From sequence record MT446422.1: DNA of 64,000 nt; one strand, 5' to 3'. The DNA is from Escherichia virus TH57. Positions 58,389 to 64,000 of this stretch are shown here, piece after piece (position 1 is the first letter of the stretch; each line of letters opens with the position of its first letter). Position numbers and translations under genes: made by a program. The notes below the pieces were generated by a model, which searched no databases, was not told the DNA's origin, and saw nothing but the letters and a program-made list of their open reading frames with translations.

Positions 58389-58391
58389 AGC

Positions 58392-58412
58392 AAAGGGACT
58401 TCGGTCCCTTTT
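58392..58412 (+). terminator. hairpin (terminator or gene 43 regulatory structure)
   Basis: AAAGGGAC-TTCG-GTCCCTTT perfect hairpin followed by T-rich sequence and a TATAAT box. Confidence 0.55.
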
Positions 58413-58473
58413 GTAGTATAATAGCGTCAAGTCATAAAACAAAAGTCAATCACTCGACTATAAAGGAAACCAA

Positions 58474-61188
58474 ATGCAAGAATTTTATTTAACTATCGAA
58501 CAAATCGGTGACAATCTGCTTGAACGATACATTGACAAGAACGGTCATGAACGTGTTCGTGAAATCCCTTATGCTCCATGCTTGTTTATGCATGCCCGTG
58601 AAGACCAGGCTGCAAAGTATACAGACATCTATAATAAAGGTTGTGTGAAAAAAGAATTCGATTCCATGCGTGATGCATCCCAGTGGATGAAGCGAATGAA
58701 TGACATGGGTCTCGAAGCTATGGGTATGGATGACTTTAAACTCGCATACTTGTCCGACCGTTACCCGCACGAAATCAAATACGATTCAAGTAAAATCCGT
58801 GTGGCTAACTTCGATATCGAGGTGACATCTCCTGATGGGTTCCCTGAGCCGTCTGAAGCACGTCACCCTATTGATGCCCTGACGCACTATGATTCGGTAG
58901 ACGATAAATTCTATGTCTTTGACCTTTTGAGCTCACCATACGCCACTGTGGAGCAATGGTCTATCGATATTGCTGCTAAGCTGCAAGAAGATGGCGGCGA
59001 TGAAGTCCCCGAAGAAATCCTGGAAAAAATTGTTTATATGGCCTTCGATTCAGAAGAAGAAATGCTCCAGCAGTATTTGGTATTCTGGAACGAGAAAACT
59101 CCGGTTATGTTGACTGGTTGGAACATCGAGAAGTTTGATATTCCATATATCTACAACCGCCTTAAAAATGTGTTTGGTGAAGCTACGGCAAAACGTCTGA
59201 GTCCACATCGTCGTACAAAAGTTAAGGTCATTAACAACGGATTCGGTGAAGAACAAGAAATCATTCAGATTCTGGGTATCTCTGTTCTGGATTATCTGGA
59301 CCTGTATAAAAAGTTCAGCTTCACAAACCAACCATCTTATTCGTTGGATTATGTTGCAGAATCTGAGCTGGGTGTTGGTAAACTCCCGTATGATGGTCCG
59401 ATTTCTAAACTGCGTGAATCAAATCACCAACGGTATATTTCTTATAACATCATCGACGTTTATCGTGTTGTGCAGATTGACCGTAAGCGACAGTTTATTA
59501 ACCTAAGCCAGTCAATGGGTTATTATGCAAAAATGCAGATTCAGTCTGTATTCAGCCCAATCAAAACTTGGGATGCGATTATCTTTAACAGCCTGAAGAC
59601 GCAAAACAAAGTCATTCCGGAAACCAAATCGCATGTTCGCCAATCGTTCCCTGGTGCATTTGTTAAGGAACCGATTCCGAACGCATACAAATACGTTATG
59701 AGCTGTGACTTAACATCTCTGTATCCGAGCATCATCCGACAGATTAACATCAGTCCAGAAACGATTGCCGGGTCATTTGCACCTGCGCCGATGTACGAAT
59801 ACATTGCAGGAACTGCTGACCGTCCATCTGATACATTTAGTTGTGCTCCAAACGGTATGATGTATTTTAAAGATGTTGCGGGTATTATTCCGACAGAAGT
59901 CACCAAGGTGTTTAATCAGCGTAAAGAACACAAAGGCTATATGCTTGCGGCTCAACGTAATGGTGAACTGATTAAGGAAGCTCTGCGTAATCCAGGAACT
60001 GGTACAACCGAGCCTGAAGTTGATTATCGTTATGACTTTGATGACAATATGAAAACAACCTTGCATGGTCTGAATCAAACAGTCCTGAATGGTATGTTGT
60101 ACAAAGCGCAGATGGAAGAAGTTGCTGGTATGACCGCACAGATTAACCGTAAACTGCTTATCAACAGTTGTTATGGTGCTCTGGGTAATATCTGGTTCCG
60201 TTACTTTGACCTGCGAAATGCAACCGCGATTACATCTTTCGGGCAACTTGCATTGCAGTGGATTGAGCGTAAAGTTAACGAATATTTTGATAGTGTTTGT
60301 GGTACAAGTGGTGAAACATATGTATTCTATGGCGATACTGACTCCATTTATATCCAGTGCGATAACCTGATTAAAAAGGTTGGTGGCGAATCTAAATTCC
60401 GCGATACAAACCACCTGGTTGACTTCATGGACAAGTTTGCGAAAGACCGTCTGGAACCAGCAATCGATAAAGCTTTCCGTGAACTAGCTGAATACATGAA
60501 CAACAAACAGCACCTTATGTTTATGGACCGTGAAGCGATTGCATGTCCTCCACTTGGTTCTAAAGGTGTTGGTGGATTCTGGACGGCGAAGAAGCGTTAT
60601 GCTCTGAACGTGTACGATATGGAAGGCACACGATATGCTGTTCCGAAACTGAAAATCATGGGTCTGGAAACTCAAAAGTCGAGCACACCAAAAGCATGTC
60701 AGAAAGCTCTGAAAGAATGTATCCGCCGTATGTTGCAAGAAGGTGAAGAATCTCTGCAGACGTACTTCAAGGAATTCAACAAGGAATTTAATGAGCTTAA
60801 TTACATGACCATCGCAGGTGTATCATCGGTTAACAACATCCAGAAATATAATGAGGGTGGTTTCCCTGGATTTAAGTGTCCGGCTCATATCAAAGGCGTG
60901 CTTGCTTACATGCGTGCAACCAAAGGGCTGAAGACTGTTCCACAAATCATGGAAGGGGAAAAGGTGTATGTGCTTCCTCTTAAAGTTGGTAACCCGTTTG
61001 GCGAAACCGTGATTGCGTGGCCATCAGGGATTGAACTCCCGATTGAAATTCGTGACCAAGTCTTGCAGTGGATGGACTACAACACACTGTTCCAGAAGAC
61101 TTTTGTTAAGCCATTGACAGGGTTCTCTGAAGCAGCTAAGGTTGATTACGAGAAAAAAGCATCTCTTTTTGATATGTTTGACTTTTAA
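58474..61188 (+). CDS. 43: DNA polymerase gp43
   Basis: 904 aa; MQEFYLTIEQIGDNLLERYIDKNG... and VANFDIEVT exonuclease motif match T4 gp43; uninterrupted. Confidence 0.95.
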   Translation: MQEFYLTIEQIGDNLLERYIDKNGHERVREIPYAPCLFMHAREDQAAKYTDIYNKGCVKKEFDSMRDASQWMKRMNDMGLEAMGMDDFKLAYLSDRYPHEIKYDSSKIRVANFDIEVTSPDGFPEPSEARHPIDALTHYDSVDDKFYVFDLLSSPYATVEQWSIDIAAKLQEDGGDEVPEEILEKIVYMAFDSEEEMLQQYLVFWNEKTPVMLTGWNIEKFDIPYIYNRLKNVFGEATAKRLSPHRRTKVKVINNGFGEEQEIIQILGISVLDYLDLYKKFSFTNQPSYSLDYVAESELGVGKLPYDGPISKLRESNHQRYISYNIIDVYRVVQIDRKRQFINLSQSMGYYAKMQIQSVFSPIKTWDAIIFNSLKTQNKVIPETKSHVRQSFPGAFVKEPIPNAYKYVMSCDLTSLYPSIIRQINISPETIAGSFAPAPMYEYIAGTADRPSDTFSCAPNGMMYFKDVAGIIPTEVTKVFNQRKEHKGYMLAAQRNGELIKEALRNPGTGTTEPEVDYRYDFDDNMKTTLHGLNQTVLNGMLYKAQMEEVAGMTAQINRKLLINSCYGALGNIWFRYFDLRNATAITSFGQLALQWIERKVNEYFDSVCGTSGETYVFYGDTDSIYIQCDNLIKKVGGESKFRDTNHLVDFMDKFAKDRLEPAIDKAFRELAEYMNNKQHLMFMDREAIACPPLGSKGVGGFWTAKKRYALNVYDMEGTRYAVPKLKIMGLETQKSSTPKACQKALKECIRRMLQEGEESLQTYFKEFNKEFNELNYMTIAGVSSVNNIQKYNEGGFPGFKCPAHIKGVLAYMRATKGLKTVPQIMEGEKVYVLPLKVGNPFGETVIAWPSGIELPIEIRDQVLQWMDYNTLFQKTFVKPLTGFSEAAKVDYEKKASLFDMFDF

Positions 61189-61190
61189 GT

Positions 61191-61221
61191 GTTTACAACG
61201 GCAAAGGACTGCCGTATGATT
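61191..61221 (+). promoter_or_regulatory. early promoter upstream of the Imm-like gene
   Basis: -35 GTTTAC, 18 bp spacer, -10 TATGAT, followed by type-A-like leader CCATCAACTGATGA. Confidence 0.45.
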
Positions 61222-61257
61222 ACTCCATCAACTGATGAATAACTTAAGGATATTAAA

Positions 61258-61500
61258 ATGGAAACATTAATTGCGGGTACTGTTGTTCTGGGTGCTGGCT
61301 CTTTCTTCCTGGCTGCACTGGCATATTTTCTGCCGTGGATTATCGCACTACTGCGAGGAACCAAAAGTAATTGCGGAATCTTCTTTGTTAACCTCCTGTT
61401 AGGTTGGACAATGGTCGGATGGTTTATTGCATTTATCTGGGCACTCGTTGCTGAGCGTAAATCAAACGCACAAGTAATTATCATCAAGGAAACCAAATGA
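61258..61500 (+). CDS. small two-helix membrane protein (Imm-like position)
   Basis: 80 aa with two hydrophobic helices, directly after gene 43 where T4 carries imm. Confidence 0.5.
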   Translation: METLIAGTVVLGAGSFFLAALAYFLPWIIALLRGTKSNCGIFFVNLLLGWTMVGWFIAFIWALVAERKSNAQVIIIKETK

Positions 61501-61650
61501 AGATAATTACAATTATTATACTGATTGCATTTTTTAGTATGTCAATCTATTGGGCAATAATGACTCCGCATATGATTCCAACTTTAATTTTGGGTTGGGT
61601 ATTTTTGGGGCTCCAAGCTCGCTATGAATGTTTTAATTGAGGAAAATACA

Positions 61651-62154
61651 ATGAAAAAGTTAGCTATCGCAGCTGTTATGCTGCTATCTGGTTGTGCTTA
61701 CCAGGGCGATGTAGTTAATGTCAGTGAAATTGGTAAAGCGCGAATTGCTGCAGACCGTCAGGTGCATAATGGTTCCTTTGATTTCAAAGGTGGTACTGGA
61801 CTTATCTACAAACGCGACAACAATCAATGTGGAAACAACTGCGCAAAATATGCTCAACAAGAAATTGAGTACAAACGCGAGCAAGCTGCAAAGCATGACG
61901 AAATCATTGCCAAGCTGGAAGCAGAAACTAAGCGACAAAATGACTTGGATACTGTTAACCAGATTTCACAGGTCTGCATGTCATACATCAATATGCAGAT
62001 AAACATCATGCGCGCGGAAGCTTATCAGGCAGCGGAGACGGGTTCTCCAAAAGCCAATGAGTATCGCGATATGTATCAGCGGTCTGCTCAAAATCGTCTG
62101 AGCTATATTAATAAATGTGTGGCTAAAGAGAAAGCCCGCCAAGGTATTAACTAA
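61651..62154 (+). CDS. putative lipoprotein
   Basis: ORF track 61624; ATG at 61651 after GAGGAAAATACA; lipobox-like LLSGC. Confidence 0.5.
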   Translation: MKKLAIAAVMLLSGCAYQGDVVNVSEIGKARIAADRQVHNGSFDFKGGTGLIYKRDNNQCGNNCAKYAQQEIEYKREQAAKHDEIIAKLEAETKRQNDLDTVNQISQVCMSYINMQINIMRAEAYQAAETGSPKANEYRDMYQRSAQNRLSYINKCVAKEKARQGIN

Positions 62155-62239
62155 CATTAATTGCTCTAAAAATACAGTGATATAATTATCCTATCTTAAA
62201 CCTGTGAGAAAAATATAATGGTGCCTATGGAAAAAATGA

Positions 62240-63418
62240 ATGTCTATTGCAGATTTGAAATCCCGTTTGATTAAAGCTTCTACATCCAAAATGACTGCGA
62301 CTCTTACTAAGTCCAAGTTTTTTAATGATAAAGATGTAGTTCGTACAAAAATCCCGATGCTGAACATTGCAATCAGCGGTGCACTAGATGGTGGTATGCA
62401 GTCAGGTTTGACTATTTTTGCTGGTCCGTCAAAACACTTTAAATCCAATATGGGTTTAACGATGGTCTCTGCATATATGAACAAATACCCCGAAGCAATC
62501 TGTTTGTTCTATGATTCAGAATTTGGTATCACAGAAGCCTATCTGCGTGCAATGAAAGTAGACCCGGAGCGTGTTATCCACACACCAATCCAGTCGGTTG
62601 AACAATTGAAAGTTGATATGGTTAACCAGCTTGAAGCAATTGAGCGTGGTGAAAAAGTCATTATCTTTATTGACTCAATCGGTAACATGGCGTCAAAAAA
62701 AGAAACAGAAGATGCGATGAACGAAAAAGTCGTTGGCGATATGACTCGTGCTAAATCCCTGAAATCTCTGTTCCGTATTGTTACCCCATATTTTAGTATC
62801 AAGGATATTCCTTGTGTCGCGGTTAACCATACAATCGAGACGATTGAGATGTATAGCAAAACCGTTATGACCGGTGGTACAGGTGTTATGTATTCTGCGG
62901 ACACCGTATTCATTATCGGCAAACGCCAGATTAAAGAAACTGGTAAAGAACTTGAAGGTTTCCAATTTGTTCTGAATGCCGAAAAATCTCGTATGGTCAA
63001 AGAGAAAAGTAAATTCTTCATTGATGTAAAATTCGATGGTGGTATTGACCCGTATTCTGGCCTGCTTGATATGGCAATGGAAATCGGATTTGTAGTGAAA
63101 CCGAAAGTTGGTTGGTATAACCGTGAATATCTTGATGTTGAGACCGGTGAAATGGTCCGCGAAGAAAAATCATGGCGTGCAAAAGATACTAACTGTACTG
63201 AATTCTGGGGCCCGTTGTTTAAGCACGAACCTTTCCGTGACGCAATCAAACGCCATTACCAACTGGGTGCAATCGATAGCAATGCTGTTGTTGATGCCGA
63301 AGTTGATGCGCTTATTGCCTCCAAGGTTGAAAAATACTCTGCCCCTGAAGGTAAGGCAAAACCATCTGCGGCAGATATCGAAAACGATTTAGATATGATG
63401 GAAGACCTTGATGAATGA
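62240..63418 (+). CDS. uvsX: recombinase UvsX (RecA-like)
   Basis: 392 aa; LKSRLIKASTSKMTA...GPSKHFKSN...SLFRIVTPYF... matches T4 UvsX. Confidence 0.95.
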   Translation: MSIADLKSRLIKASTSKMTATLTKSKFFNDKDVVRTKIPMLNIAISGALDGGMQSGLTIFAGPSKHFKSNMGLTMVSAYMNKYPEAICLFYDSEFGITEAYLRAMKVDPERVIHTPIQSVEQLKVDMVNQLEAIERGEKVIIFIDSIGNMASKKETEDAMNEKVVGDMTRAKSLKSLFRIVTPYFSIKDIPCVAVNHTIETIEMYSKTVMTGGTGVMYSADTVFIIGKRQIKETGKELEGFQFVLNAEKSRMVKEKSKFFIDVKFDGGIDPYSGLLDMAMEIGFVVKPKVGWYNREYLDVETGEMVREEKSWRAKDTNCTEFWGPLFKHEPFRDAIKRHYQLGAIDSNAVVDAEVDALIASKVEKYSAPEGKAKPSAADIENDLDMMEDLDE

Positions 63419-63752
63419 TATCGATTTATCTGATTTAGATAATTTCGAGAAAGATGCGGAGGGAGCTAAGGCTCCTTCTGTGCCTTACTACGAAAAAAGT
63501 TTGGAGATTATCCGGCAATCCATGGGAACCGTACGACAGGAAATTCTGTTATCACTCCCTGATGGGTCCAATCACATTGTGTACGTAACCGGAATTAAAA
63601 TTGAACCATCTGGAAAAGTTTCCGTTGATTTCGGCACCCCTTCTGAAGACCGCAAAGCGGAGCTTGCAGTGCATGTAGAAAAGTGTGTTACAATGCAAAT
63701 ACAAGATGAAATTGATAAGATTAAAATGAAAAAGAGGTGGTGGAAGTGGTAG
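63408..63752 (+). CDS. 40: head vertex assembly chaperone gp40
   Basis: 114 aa ORF between uvsX and 41 as in T4. Confidence 0.7.
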   Translation: MMNDIDLSDLDNFEKDAEGAKAPSVPYYEKSLEIIRQSMGTVRQEILLSLPDGSNHIVYVTGIKIEPSGKVSVDFGTPSEDRKAELAVHVEKCVTMQIQDEIDKIKMKKRWWKW

Positions 63753-64000
63753 AAACTATTTTATCCCAGCTACTCTTTAACAAGGAATATTTTGTTAAAG
63801 TCTGGCCATATCTTAATAACACATATTTTGAAAAGGGTCCAGCAAAGACCCTTTTTAATACGATTAACGAACACGTAAAAGAATATCAAGCGGTACCAAC
63901 TAAGACTGCACTTGATATCGCGCTCGACAGTTCTGACCTTTCTGAAGTCGAATATGAAGGCACAAAGAAACTCTTAGGAGTCCTGGCCGATACTCCAGAA
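63746..64000 (+). CDS. 41: replicative helicase gp41, N-terminal fragment (continues beyond window end)
   Basis: GTG start overlapping gp40 stop; VVETILSQLLFNKEYFVKVWPYLNNTYFEKGPAK matches the T4 gp41 N-terminus. Confidence 0.8.
   Translation, partial: MVETILSQLLFNKEYFVKVWPYLNNTYFEKGPAKTLFNTINEHVKEYQAVPTKTALDIALDSSDLSEVEYEGTKKLLGVLADTPE

Noticed and set aside
44345-61188. Group I introns or homing endonuclease insertions in nrdD and gene 43
   Set aside because: Both genes are single uninterrupted ORFs of the expected length (605 and 904 aa); no GIY-YIG or HNH ORFs were seen nearby.

Overview
This window reads as a contiguous segment of a T4-like (Tevenvirinae) myovirus genome, with gene order and many protein sequences matching phage T4. 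Positions 1-10361 carry late baseplate genes on the minus strand (gp5, gp5.4, gp6, gp7, gp8, gp9, start of gp10, and gp53). Everything from 10380 onward is on the plus strand: head/tail completion genes 4-2-3-1, 57A, 57B (the T4 Acb1 anti-CBASS homolog), an internal-protein (IP) cluster, two tRNAs, a hyperplastic block of small paralogous genes, nudE, endolysin e, denV, a second IP cluster, regB, tk, rI, nrdC, gene 49, nrdD/nrdG, gp55, gp47/gp46, rpbA, gp45/44/62, regA, gp43, uvsX, gp40 and the start of gp41. No dCMP hydroxymethylase (gene 42) or beta-gt lies between 43 and uvsX, which suggests an RB49-like phage with unmodified cytosine. The most interesting candidates are a tandem array of five small paralogs sharing a C-terminal GxW[VF]xSSxxC tail, a TARG1-like macro-domain protein, a membrane-protein/nucleotidyltransferase gene pair, two capsid-targeted IP clusters, a family of membrane proteins with a shared C-terminal FIxEC motif, and a ~330 bp non-coding stretch after the tRNAs that may encode a stable RNA. 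Repeated ~60 bp early-promoter cassettes, many with the -10 box inside an inverted repeat (PeSL-like), precede most accessory genes. All calls rest on reading the sequence and recalled homology; no database search was run, and start codons of small ORFs are approximate.
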